Assembly: GCA_052390515.1 (NCBI GenBank)
Contig: JBQTGV010000066.1
Span: 1 to 40,683, forward strand
Length of the DNA: 40,683 nt
Origin: Candidatus Eiseniibacteriota bacterium
GTDB lineage: Bacteria > ARS69
Direction: 5' to 3'
A program made the position numbers and the translations under genes. This document shows positions 1 to 8,762 of this stretch, one piece after another. Every line of letters starts with the position of its first letter. The stretch's first letter is position 1. Below the pieces are notes generated by a model. It had not been told where the DNA came from and did not search any database. It saw only the letters and a list, made by a program, of their open reading frames with translations.

Positions 1-259
1 GGAGAGCGACAACGCTCAGCCCGTCCGTCGTGAGTGAGCCGGAACGAGGGCACGAATGAGTTTCTAGGGCAAGCGGGCAGAGTCTGCCCCGCTCGGACCG
101 GCCACGCCGGGCCGCGACCCTCCATACCTGTTTGGTGCAGGACAAAACCTGCACCCCTGGGAAACGAAGTCGGGACGACCAGCCGATCCGCAGCGGGAGA
201 CGCCCACCAGGCGGACGGAGGGGAACAACTACCTATTGACCACCGCGGGCCTCATACGG
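1..259 (+). mobile_element. Probable non-coding right end of an IS110/IS1111-family element inserted in an attC site (transposase would lie left of the window)
   Basis: No credible ORF. Structured: hairpin GGTGCAGG-ACAAAA-CCTGCACC 134-155, stem 73-92, long-range pairing 21-29/210-218. Outward -35-like TTGACC at 236-241, then ...GGCCTCATA, abutting the attC inverse core. Family assignment is inference. Confidence 0.45.
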
Positions 260-266
260 GTTGGGC
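260..266 (-). other. attC inverse core site (RYYYAAC = GCCCAAC); rest of attC missing or interrupted
   Basis: GCCCAAC lies 3 nt after the cassette stop codon and is the exact complement of GTTGGGC at the cassette start (882-876). No matching GTTRRRY or palindromic right half follows within the window. Confidence 0.75.
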
Positions 267-269
267 CAC

Positions 270-848
270 TCAGCGGACCTGGGCGACATGCTTCTTTGTC
301 GTGGCATCGCGCGCCAGTTTTCCTTCACGCATTAGCAGGCCGATGATGCTGTACGACAGGTAATCTTTAGAGCCACCACCGTAGTCGCTCCGGAGGCCAA
401 GAAGGCTCGCTGCATCCGAATTGGTGATGCCCTTCGCGTTCGCCTTCGCAAACTCGAGGACGGCTTGCTTGAGCAGAGATAGCCCAAGCTGGGCTTGCTC
501 TCTGGCGCCATGTGGCACGACGAGTGAGGGCCTGGTCTTCTTTCCCAGACCAGTTGGTACAACTGCGTTCGTAAGAATGCCACCGGTCTCCTCGGTGCCG
601 AAAGCAGCGATCAACTCGGCCTCCAACTTTATCGCCTGAGCTTCACTCAGCGAGTCGACCATGGGGGACACGAGCACCTTGTGTCCAGCAGCGTGGATTT
701 CGCGGATGCGCCGGCCCTTACGGCTGTCGTCGAGCCGGACGAGATGGTCATAAGCGCGGACGCCAGTCCCCTTGCCGATGTAGAAGGGCATTGCAGGGGA
801 GGAGCGCGGATCCTTAAGCGCGTAGACGTAATAGGAGGTTTCTGCCAC
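270..848 (-). CDS. GIY-YIG nuclease family protein (LEM-3-like), integron gene cassette
   Basis: YYVYALKDPR..PFYIGKG..R...H and EAELIAAFG...LTN motifs. GTG start at 848 with GGGGA RBS. Visibly more AT-rich than flanking genes. Bounded by GTTGGGC/GCCCAAC. Confidence 0.85.
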   Translation of the reverse strand: MAETSYYVYALKDPRSSPAMPFYIGKGTGVRAYDHLVRLDDSRKGRRIREIHAAGHKVLVSPMVDSLSEAQAIKLEAELIAAFGTEETGGILTNAVVPTGLGKKTRPSLVVPHGAREQAQLGLSLLKQAVLEFAKANAKGITNSDAASLLGLRSDYGGGSKDYLSYSIIGLLMREGKLARDATTKKHVAQVR

Positions 849-875
849 GCGCGTATCCCCGGCAGTTATTGAGGG

Positions 876-1064
876 GCCCAACTAAGACTTCAACCGGTCT
901 CCAACGATCACACATCGCGCATCGACCCGGGACAGTATAAGGACCGGCGCCCGGAGTTGCCACCCGCGCAACTGCCAGCGCAGGCACAGGTTCGGCCCCC
1001 GCGCCGGAAGTCGGCGATCGAGGTTAGCGGGTCTGTGTAAGCGGGGCGGCGCCGCCCGTGTAAG
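876..1064 (-). other. attI site region of an inverse-orientation integron; crossover G/TT at 882/881
   Basis: GTTGGGC (GTTRRRY) at 882-876 directly precedes the cassette. Non-coding gap between the intI stop and the cassette contains repeated CTTAYAC motifs (1064-1058, 1041-1035, 941-935). Confidence 0.7.
934..962 (-). promoter_or_regulatory. Candidate Pc-like sigma70 promoter driving the cassette
   Basis: TGGCAA (962-957), 17 nt spacer, TATACT (939-934), pointing toward attI and the cassette. The -35 is weak. Confidence 0.4.
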
Positions 1065-2039
1065 TCACAGCTGATCGACCGGACTCCGCACCCCGAGTCC
1101 GCCGCGGTTCAGCACATGGGTGTACACCATGGTTGTCGCGACGCTGGAGTGACCGAGCAGCTCCTGCACGGTGCGGATGTCGTACCCCTGATCCAGGAGG
1201 TGCGTCGCGAAGGAGTGCCGGAACGTGTGACACGTCGCCCGCTTGAGGATCGCGGTCCGCCTCACCGCCTCCCGCACCGCCCGCTGCACGACCGTCTCGT
1301 GCAGGTGGTGTCGCCTCACCTGACCCGTCTCCGGATACCGGTACGGCCGCGTTCGCCGGAAACACCCACTGCCACGCCCACTCGCGCCCGGCGTTCGGCA
1401 GCTTCGCCCCCAGCGCCTCTGGTAGCTCCACCCAGCCCCAGCCGCGCTGCAGATCCTCGTCGTGCTGCTCCTTCGCCCTCGTGAGTTGCTCACCGAGCGG
1501 CTCGACCAACATCCTCGGCAGCACGGTGCGCCGATCCTTCGCCCCGTTGCCGCGCCGAATGACGATCTCGCCGTGCCCGAAGTCGACACCCTTGACCCGG
1601 AGCGTAAGCGCCTCGAGCAGCCGCATTCCCGTCCCGTAAGGCAGTGTCGCCACGAGCTGCGCCGTGCCGTCCACCATGGCCAGCACCGCGCGCACTTCCT
1701 CGCGGGTCAGCACCAACGACAGTCGTCGCGGCCCCTTCGCCCGCTCGATGCCGTCGAGCCAGCCAGGATCCTGCCCGAGCAGCACCTCCTTATAGAGGAA
1801 TAGAAACGCGGAGAGCTTGTGTCTGCGTTGGACGCACTGACCTTCCGCTCGACGGCCAGGCTCGTGAGGAAGCGGCGAATCTCCTCGCCGCTCATCGCCC
1901 GCGGGTGCTTCATGCCGTGGAATCGCACGAATCGCTTCACCCAGGCGACGTACGCCTTCTCGGTGCGCCGGCTGAAATGCCGGAGCCGGACAGTCTGCCG
2001 CACGACATCGAGCAGGCGGGGCGCGGGTTTCGCCTCCAT
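1065..2039 (-). pseudogene. intI: Integron integrase (tyrosine recombinase), frameshifted
   Basis: N-term RLLDVVRQTVRLRHFSRRTEKAY, IntI-specific patch [29 protein letters not shown] and [32 protein letters not shown] are spread over three frames. Shifts near 1830-1810 and near 1352. GKG is replaced by GNG. Confidence 0.93.
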
Positions 2040-2124
2040 GGCACCGAAGTCGGGAGCGGCCTCTTCCACGCTACCACGCCGCGCGGGATCCGCAAGGCGG
2101 GAGGAGCCACGCTGCGGCGGCAAG

Positions 2125-2500
2125 TCAGGGCTCTCGGATGAAGCCTATTCGCCTCTTCTTCGGAACACTCCTCGGGCTGAGAAGCTGTCGAACTGCTGCC
2201 ACGACCTCAGCTACCTGCGCGTCGCAGGCTCCCAGGCGCCGCTCGAGCTCGAGCAGGCGACGCGCCAGCTCCTTGTGATGAGCCAAGACGTCGCGTAGCT
2301 CTACAAACACCCGTACGATGAAGACGCTCACGCTTACTGCGCGTTCGCTGTTCAACACGCGCTTGCCGCCATGAGGGCGCCGTGCTCCGTGAACGCATGC
2401 GGTAAGGCCCTCGAATACTTGAGCTTGGAGAAGTGGTCGCAAATTGCGACCACCTCCGACTTCTCGGAGGGAGAGAGCCGGAAGACGAAATCCCCGCGGC
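2125..2500 (-). pseudogene. ORF6N (KilA-N-like) DNA-binding protein, 5'-truncated and frameshifted
   Basis: Manual translation DFVFRLSPSEKSEVVAICDHFSKLKYSRALPHAFTEHGALMAAS, then a 2-nt GC duplication near 2360, then VLNSERAVSVSVFIVRVFVELR...KRRIGF. No N-terminus or start found. Confidence 0.85.
2433..2453. repeat. 21-bp palindrome GTGGTCGCAA-A-TTGCGACCAC inside the ORF6N remnant
   Basis: Perfect 10-bp arms with a 1-nt centre, read directly. Confidence 0.9.
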
Positions 2501-2548
2501 CCGGTCGGAGTCCAGAATGATCCGCTCACTGCGGCCTCGCCCGGCCGA

Positions 2549-4861
2549 CTACTCCACCAGCCCCATCTTCCGCAAGAAGGTCATCCACCGCGGATCGCCG
2601 TGCAGTGCGCGCAGGAACGGGTCCGTCATCGCCATCGCCACACCCGAGTCCCGCTGAGCATAGGCGCGCTCCAGCCACTCGAACGCGGAGTCGGACTCTC
2701 CGCGTACGGCGTGCACCTCCGCGACCTGATAGGCCGCGTCGGCTGCCCGCTTGGCTGCGAGCTCCCGGAGCGCGCTGTCCGACTCCGCCGCGCGGCCCGC
2801 TTTGTGATGGAGGATCGCCAGCGTGCACAGCCGCGACCAATCCGCGCCCTCCCGCAGAGCCTCGGCCAGCGCCTCGTCGTGTCGTCCCTGCTCATCGAGA
2901 GCCCACGCCAGCAGCGCCCGCTGCCCCACGCCCTCGGGAGAGATCTCCAGCGCCCTCCGGAAAGCCGACTCGCCTTCCGCCAGCAGCCCCCGCAGCAGAC
3001 AGACGCGACCGAAGAACGCGAGACCCTGGACGCTCAGCGGGTCCTGCTCGACCGCGCGCCGGCAGAGCACGAGCCCCTCCTCCAGGCGGCCGAGGCCCAT
3101 CGCCAGGAGCCCGGCGCCGCGGAGCACATCGGCGCTGCCGGGCGCCAGTTCGAGGGCCTGCCGATACGACGCCTCCGCCCCCTTCCAGTCCCACTCGTAC
3201 CAGTGCTGCACCAGCCCGAGCGCCCAGTGTCCCTCCGCGAGGTCCGGCTCCAGCTCGAGTGCCCTCCGCGCCGCGTCGCGGGCCGCGCGCATCCCCTCCT
3301 CGGCCGCCGCGAATCCGAACCCGCTCTGGAAGGACAGCGCCCAGGACAGGTTGGCCCAGGCCAGCGCGTGCCCGGGGTCCGCCGCGATCGCCTGACGCAG
3401 CAGCTCGACTCCCTTCGCCACTTCCTCTGCCGTCGCCCGATTCACGAAGTACCGTCCCTGCAGGAACAGGCGGTGCGCCTCCGCGTTTGCGCCACGGCCC
3501 TTCGCCGCCGCCGCCACTTCCGCCTTCGCCTGTCCGCTGGCCTTGGAGTCCGGTTCCTCGCCCAGCAGCGTCGTGCGCAGCTCCTTGACCACCGCCAGCG
3601 CGATGTCGTCCTGCACGGCGAAGATGTCCTCCAGCGTGCGGTCGTACGTCTCCGACCACAGATGGAATCCGTCGGCGACCTTCACGACCTGCACGGCGAT
3701 GCGCACGCGGTTCCCCGCCTTGCGCACGCTGCCCTCCAGCAGCGTCGCGACGTTCAGCTTGCGACCGATCGTCGCCGCGTCCTCGCCCCGCTCCTTGAAC
3801 TGGAACGACGAGCTGCGCGCCGCGACGCGCAGCCCGGGAATCTTCACCAGCATGTTGATCAGCTCGTCGGCCAGACCGTCGGCGAAGTACTCGTCGTCCT
3901 CGCTGCGGCTGCGGTTCACGAACGGCAGCACGGCGATCGAGGGAACGTCCCGAGCGCTCGGGGCGACGGCGCCCGCGGTCGACGACGGCCGCCCACCCGA
4001 CTCCACCGCGCGCTGCACTTCCTCCAGCTCGTTGCGAACGTCTCTCGCGGTCTGGATCCTCCGGTTTGGATCCTTCTCCAGACACCGGCCGACGATGCGC
4101 TCCAGGTCCGGCGGACGGTCCGGCCGGCCGCTCGGCCACGGTGCTGGCGGGTCCCGCAAGATGGCCGAGCTCACTTCCGCGGAGGTCGCGCCGCCGAACG
4201 GACGCCGCCCCGTGAGCAGCTCGTAGAGGAGGATCCCGAGGGCGAAGATGTCGGTGCGCGCGTCGGCGCTCTCGCCGCGGAGCTGCTCCGGAGCCATGTA
4301 CGGCACCGTCCCGACGAGACTCCCTGCCGCCGACGCCGGCGCCACCGTCGCCGCATACGTCTCCACCGACGCCGTCTCCACGGCATCGAGCTTTGCGAGT
4401 CCGAAGTCGAGCACCTTCACCCGCCCCTCGCGGGTCAGCATGACGTTCGCGGGCTTCAGGTCCCGGTGCACGACGAAGCGCTCGTGCGCCGCCGCCATCG
4501 CGTCGGCGAGCGGGACGGCGATGTCCAGAACCTGCCGGAGAGGGAGGCCGCCCGGCGTGATCAGGCGGTCGAGGCTCGTTCCCTCCACGAGCTCCATCGT
4601 GAGGAAGCGGACGCCCCCCTCTTCCTCGATGGAGTGGAGCACGACGATGTTGGGGTGGCTGAGCGCCGCGACGACCTTCGCCTCTCGCTCGAAGCGGGCG
4701 ATGCGCTCCGGCTGCAGCGCCACCTCGTCCGGCAGCGCCTTCAGGGCGACGTAGCGGTCCAGCCGCGCATCGCGGGCGCGATACACTTCGCCCATGCCGC
4801 CCGCTCCGATGGGGGCGACGATCTCGTAACGGCCCAGTCGCGTTCCGGCGGAGAGACGCAC
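2549..4861 (-). CDS. Hanks-type Ser/Thr protein kinase with TolB-N-like domain and TPR repeats
   Basis: IGAGGMGEVY, VALK, HRDLKPAN, DFG, YMAPE; SIAVLPFVNRS..EYFADGL; C-terminal TPRs. Confidence 0.95.
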   Translation of the reverse strand: MRLSAGTRLGRYEIVAPIGAGGMGEVYRARDARLDRYVALKALPDEVALQPERIARFEREAKVVAALSHPNIVVLHSIEEEGGVRFLTMELVEGTSLDRLITPGGLPLRQVLDIAVPLADAMAAAHERFVVHRDLKPANVMLTREGRVKVLDFGLAKLDAVETASVETYAATVAPASAAGSLVGTVPYMAPEQLRGESADARTDIFALGILLYELLTGRRPFGGATSAEVSSAILRDPPAPWPSGRPDRPPDLERIVGRCLEKDPNRRIQTARDVRNELEEVQRAVESGGRPSSTAGAVAPSARDVPSIAVLPFVNRSRSEDDEYFADGLADELINMLVKIPGLRVAARSSSFQFKERGEDAATIGRKLNVATLLEGSVRKAGNRVRIAVQVVKVADGFHLWSETYDRTLEDIFAVQDDIALAVVKELRTTLLGEEPDSKASGQAKAEVAAAAKGRGANAEAHRLFLQGRYFVNRATAEEVAKGVELLRQAIAADPGHALAWANLSWALSFQSGFGFAAAEEGMRAARDAARRALELEPDLAEGHWALGLVQHWYEWDWKGAEASYRQALELAPGSADVLRGAGLLAMGLGRLEEGLVLCRRAVEQDPLSVQGLAFFGRVCLLRGLLAEGESAFRRALEISPEGVGQRALLAWALDEQGRHDEALAEALREGADWSRLCTLAILHHKAGRAAESDSALRELAAKRAADAAYQVAEVHAVRGESDSAFEWLERAYAQRDSGVAMAMTDPFLRALHGDPRWMTFLRKMGLVE

Positions 4862-4965
4862 GCGGAGATCATATCCGTCCGCGGGACCGCCTGCCAGAGC
4901 CGAGCGAGACGCGGCCGCGCACGCGTTCCTTCACCTGCACGTTGTCCGCAGCTCGACCCGGTCCG

Positions 4966-5679
4966 CTAACGGTAGAGCGACTTCACCCGGCCCCAGCTCT
5001 CCGGCACGACGGAGATGATGAAAGGACAGCCACCCTGTCCGCCCTGCCAGCGAGCAAAGTTGTGATAGCCGTCCGCCGCTACGAACGTGCTGCCGAGCGA
5101 GTGATGGAGATACATCTCGTCGTTGAGGACGAAGCAGGCCGGGTAGTCGCACCCGGTGCACGGCAGCCGCGATGGTGCGGCGAACGTCAACTGCACCGCA
5201 TAGTACTCGGCGTTCGCTGTCAGGGGCTGCGCCAGCGCCGGATCGATCGAAACGGAGATCTGGATGCGCGCACGCACGCCGCTCATGTACCCGGGGATGA
5301 ACGTGTACAGCACCGTGGCGTTGCCGCCCCACGGATCGAGGTGCGTGCTCGGTCCGTTGCGGAAGTCCGCCGACACGGTCAGCGCGCCATCGCGGCATCC
5401 CCCGAGCAGCTCGAACTACCACCACTCCGGCAGCCAGTACGGCGCCGTGCAGAAGTCGATGTTGAGGTCGACTCCATGGAGGGCGTGGATCCCGGGTGGC
5501 GCGCTGAAGGAGGCGACCAGAGTCGCCTGCGTCGGGCTCGTGCAGTCCATCGACAGGTCCTGCGACGTCCAGGACCCCGTGTCGCCCCAACCGAGACTCC
5601 GCCAAGACTGCGCCGGCCCGGAGCCCGGAGCCGGGAGCGTGAACGGGACGGACACTCCAATGGCGAGCAGCCAGGTCAT
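4966..5679 (-). pseudogene. Secreted hypothetical protein with C-terminal SWGRVKSLYR motif, interrupted by an in-frame TAG at 5418-5416
   Basis: ORFs 5416..5877 and 4966..5376 share a frame and read PEWW*FELLGGCRDGALTVSADF across the stop. Hydrophobic N-terminus from ATG 5679. Start position uncertain. Confidence 0.7.
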
Positions 5680-5743
5680 CCTCGCTCTCCTCGGCCCTTC
5701 AGGGTACACCCCCGAAGTCGACTGGCTCAAGCGACGCTCCTTT

Positions 5744-5777
5744 AAGGGGTCTCCACGTTGAAGGGGTCTCCACGTTG
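5744..5777. repeat. Perfect 17-bp tandem repeat AAGGGGTCTCCACGTTG x2
   Basis: Read directly, in the divergent intergenic region upstream of aconitase. Confidence 0.95.
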
Positions 5778-5854
5778 CCCCCGCTCCAGGAACCCTATAA
5801 ATTCGCCGAGAATCGGCCTGCTCGGCGCCCACGCCGCCCACCGAAAGGACCGCC

Positions 5855-8152
5855 ATGAACGCTCCGCAGGAGACCATCGCGCTCGCGCGGCGGGTCTACG
5901 AGACGCTGCCCTCGCGCATCGCCGAAGCGAAGAAGCGCGTCGGCCGGCCGCTCACGTATGCCGAGAAGGTGCTCTTCGCGCACCTGCATGACCCCGCACG
6001 GCAGACGCTCGACCCGGGGAAGGCGTTCCTCCTGCTGCACCCCGACCGCGTCGCCATGCAGGACGCCACCGCGCAGATGGCGCTCCTCCAGTTCATGATG
6101 GCCGGCCGCGCCACCGCGGCCGCGCCGACCACGGTGCACTGCGACCACCTCATCATGGCCCACGCCGGGGCGCGGGAAGACACCGCGCACGCGCTGGACA
6201 CGAACCACGAGGTCTACCAGTTCCTGGAAGACGTCTGCCGCCGCTACGGCATCGGTTTCTGGAAGCCGGGCGCCGGCATCATCCACCAAGTGGTCCTCGA
6301 GAACTACGCGTTCCCCGGCGGCATGATGATCGGCACGGACTCCCACACGCCGAACGCCGGCGGACTCGGCATGATCGCGGTGGGAGTGGGCGGCGCCGAC
6401 GCCGTCGACGTGATGGCCGGCATGCCCTGGGAGGTGCTGCAGCCGAAGCTCGTCGGCGTGCGCCTCACCGGAGCGCTCTCCGGCTGGACGTCGGCGAAGG
6501 ACGTCATCCTCAAGGACGCCGGCATCCTCACCGTCGAAGGCGGCACGAACCGCATCGTCGAGTACTTCGGTCCCGGCGTCGCCTCCATCTCCTGCACCGG
6601 CAAGGGCACCATCACGAACATGGGTGCGGAGCTCGGCGCCACCACCTCGATCTTCCCGTACGACGCGCGCATGGCGAAGTATCTCCGCGCCACGCGCCGC
6701 GCGGAGGTGGCTGACGCCGCCGACAAGATCGCCGAGCACCTCCGCGCCGACGCCGAGGTGGACAAGGGCCCGGCGAAGTTCTTCGATCAGGTCGTCGAGA
6801 TCGATCTCTCCGCGCTCGAGCCGCACATCGTCGGGCCGCACACGCCGGATCTGGCACGGCCGGTCTCGAAGATGGCCGCCGATGTCGACGCCGAGAAGTA
6901 CCCCGAGGAGATCCGCGTCGCGCTGATCGGGAGCTGCACCAATTCGTCCTATGAAGACATCAGCCGCTCCGCGCACATCGCCCGGCAGGCGGCGGCGCAC
7001 GGCGTCAAGGCGAAGAGCACCTTCATGGTGACGCCGGGCTCCGACCAGATCTTCGCCACCATCCAGCGCGACGGCCAACTCGACGACCTCAACGCCATCG
7101 GCGCGACGGTGCTGGCCAACGCCTGCGGTCCATGCATCGGCCAGTGGAACCGCAAGGACATCCAGCAGGGCGACAAGAACTCCATCCTCACCTCGTACAA
7201 CCGCAACTTCCCGCGCCGCAACGACGGCAATCCGCACACGCTCGCGTTCATCGGCAGTCCCGAGATCGTCACCGCCATGGCGCTCGCCGGCACGATGAAG
7301 TTCGACCCGACGCGGGATGAGCTCACGGCGAAGGACGGGAAGAAGTTCCGCCTCGAGCCGCCGGCCGGCGACGAGCTGCCCTCCAAGGGTTTCATCGCCG
7401 ACGAGAAGGGATTCATCCCGCCGGCTGCCGACACGCGCAAGCAGCCCGACGTGCGCGTCGCTCCGAACAGCGAGCGGCTCCAGATACTCGCGCCCTTCGC
7501 GAAGTGGGACGGCGGCGATTTCTTTCGCCTGCCGCTGCTCATCAAGACCAAGGGCAAGTGCACAACGGATCACATCTCGCCGGCCGGGCCGTGGCTGCGC
7601 TTCCGCGGCCACCTGGACCGCATCTCCGACAACATGTTCCTCGGCGCGAACAACGCGTTTGGCGGCGAGCCCGGCACGGCGAAGAATCTCGAGACCGGCG
7701 AGAAGGGCGTGGCCATCGCCAAGATCGCGCGGGCGTACCAGGCGAAGAGCCTGCGTTGGATCGTCGTCGGCGACGACAACTACGGCGAGGGCTCCAGCCG
7801 CGAGCACGCGGCGATGAGCCCGCGGCACCTCGGGGCCGCCGCGGTCCTGGTGAAGAGCTTCGCCCGCATCCACGAGACCAATCTCAAGAAGCAGGGCGTG
7901 CTGCCGCTCACCTTCGCCGACCCGGCCGACTACGACTCCGTCCGCGAGGACGACCGCATCTCCGTGCTCGGCCTGGCCAAGCTTTCGCCTGGGGCGCCCG
8001 TCTCCGTCGTCCTCCACCACGCCGACGGCAAGGAGCAGCGCGTCGAGGCGCGGCACTCGCTGAACGAAGAGCAGATCGGATGGTTCAAGGCCGGCTCCGC
8101 GCTGAACCTGCTGCGCGCGGCGGGCGGCCGCGAGGTGGCCGCCGGCTCGTGA
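5855..8152 (+). CDS. acnA: Aconitate hydratase (mitochondrial-type AcnA family)
   Basis: [75 protein letters not shown]. Confidence 0.97.
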   Translation: MNAPQETIALARRVYETLPSRIAEAKKRVGRPLTYAEKVLFAHLHDPARQTLDPGKAFLLLHPDRVAMQDATAQMALLQFMMAGRATAAAPTTVHCDHLIMAHAGAREDTAHALDTNHEVYQFLEDVCRRYGIGFWKPGAGIIHQVVLENYAFPGGMMIGTDSHTPNAGGLGMIAVGVGGADAVDVMAGMPWEVLQPKLVGVRLTGALSGWTSAKDVILKDAGILTVEGGTNRIVEYFGPGVASISCTGKGTITNMGAELGATTSIFPYDARMAKYLRATRRAEVADAADKIAEHLRADAEVDKGPAKFFDQVVEIDLSALEPHIVGPHTPDLARPVSKMAADVDAEKYPEEIRVALIGSCTNSSYEDISRSAHIARQAAAHGVKAKSTFMVTPGSDQIFATIQRDGQLDDLNAIGATVLANACGPCIGQWNRKDIQQGDKNSILTSYNRNFPRRNDGNPHTLAFIGSPEIVTAMALAGTMKFDPTRDELTAKDGKKFRLEPPAGDELPSKGFIADEKGFIPPAADTRKQPDVRVAPNSERLQILAPFAKWDGGDFFRLPLLIKTKGKCTTDHISPAGPWLRFRGHLDRISDNMFLGANNAFGGEPGTAKNLETGEKGVAIAKIARAYQAKSLRWIVVGDDNYGEGSSREHAAMSPRHLGAAAVLVKSFARIHETNLKKQGVLPLTFADPADYDSVREDDRISVLGLAKLSPGAPVSVVLHHADGKEQRVEARHSLNEEQIGWFKAGSALNLLRAAGGREVAAGS

Positions 8153-8685
8153 GCGTCACGCCGCCGCGCACCCTGGCCGACATCGACTGGACGACGTGGC
8201 GGGCGAAGGACCCCGCCACGCTCGTCTTCGTAGTGAAGGACCGCCGCATCCTCCTTATAAGGAAGAAGCGCGGGCTCGGCGCCGGCAAGATCAACGGTCC
8301 AGGCGGGCGCCTCGAGAACGGCGAGCGCCCGCTGGAGGGCGCCGTCCGCGAGATGCAGGAGGAGCTCCTGGCCACGCCGCTCGACGTGCGCTACGCCGGC
8401 GAGAACCTCTTCCAGTTCGTGGACGGCTACTCGATCCACGTCTACGTCTTCGTCGCCTCGGACCTCGACGGCGTTCCCACAGAGACCGACGAGGCCGACC
8501 CCGTGTGGACGCCGCTCGACCGCATCCCCTACGAGGAGATGTGGGAGGACGATCCGCTTTGGCTTCCCCACGTGCTCGCCGGCCGCGGCTTCGTCGGACG
8601 CTTCCTCTTCGACGGCGACGTCATGCTCGACCAGCACGTCGACGTGCTCCCGGCACCGCCGCTCGAGCCGCCGCCGCTCTCTTGA
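8149..8685 (+). CDS. NUDIX hydrolase, 8-oxo-dGTP diphosphatase (MTH1/NUDT1-like)
   Basis: [20 protein letters not shown]....GAVREMQEE and [13 protein letters not shown] overlaps the acnA stop (GTGA). Confidence 0.9.
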   Translation: MSVTPPRTLADIDWTTWRAKDPATLVFVVKDRRILLIRKKRGLGAGKINGPGGRLENGERPLEGAVREMQEELLATPLDVRYAGENLFQFVDGYSIHVYVFVASDLDGVPTETDEADPVWTPLDRIPYEEMWEDDPLWLPHVLAGRGFVGRFLFDGDVMLDQHVDVLPAPPLEPPPLS

Positions 8686-8730
8686 AGCGTGTTGCCGGCA
8701 CCGCCGGCCGAGCCGCCGCCGCTCTCTTGA
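8644..8730. repeat. Imperfect tandem duplication (two 42-bp copies, 45-bp period) of the NUDIX 3' end including its stop
   Basis: GTGCTCCCGGCACCGCCGCTCGAGCCGCCGCCGCTCTCTTGA (8644-8685) vs GTGTTGCCGGCACCGCCGGCCGAGCCGCCGCCGCTCTCTTGA (8689-8730). Confidence 0.9.
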
Positions 8731-8762
8731 CCGGTCCGGTTCGCTGCCTTCAGGATTCGGCC

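Noticed and set aside
1-266. Complete attC site, or 3' end of a group IIC-attC intron
   Set aside because: No GTTRRRY or palindromic right half on the cassette strand, and no recognisable domain V/VI motif on the plus strand.
34-363. 109-aa plus-strand ORF
   Set aside because: Overlaps the GIY-YIG gene and attC core, has no motif, and the region is better explained as non-coding.
1340-1835. Programmed frameshifting in intI
   Set aside because: Multiple indels plus substitution of a conserved lysine, and no slippery heptamer; decay is the simpler explanation.
5416-5418. Pyrrolysine or genome-wide TAG recoding
   Set aside because: TAG terminates gltA, the kinase, STAS, HK and osmC normally, and no pyl genes are in the window.
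2444-8056. Long antisense ORFs opposite the kinase (2444..4969) and aconitase (5795..8056)
   Set aside because: Antisense shadows caused by GC3 bias; the opposite strand carries clear family motifs.
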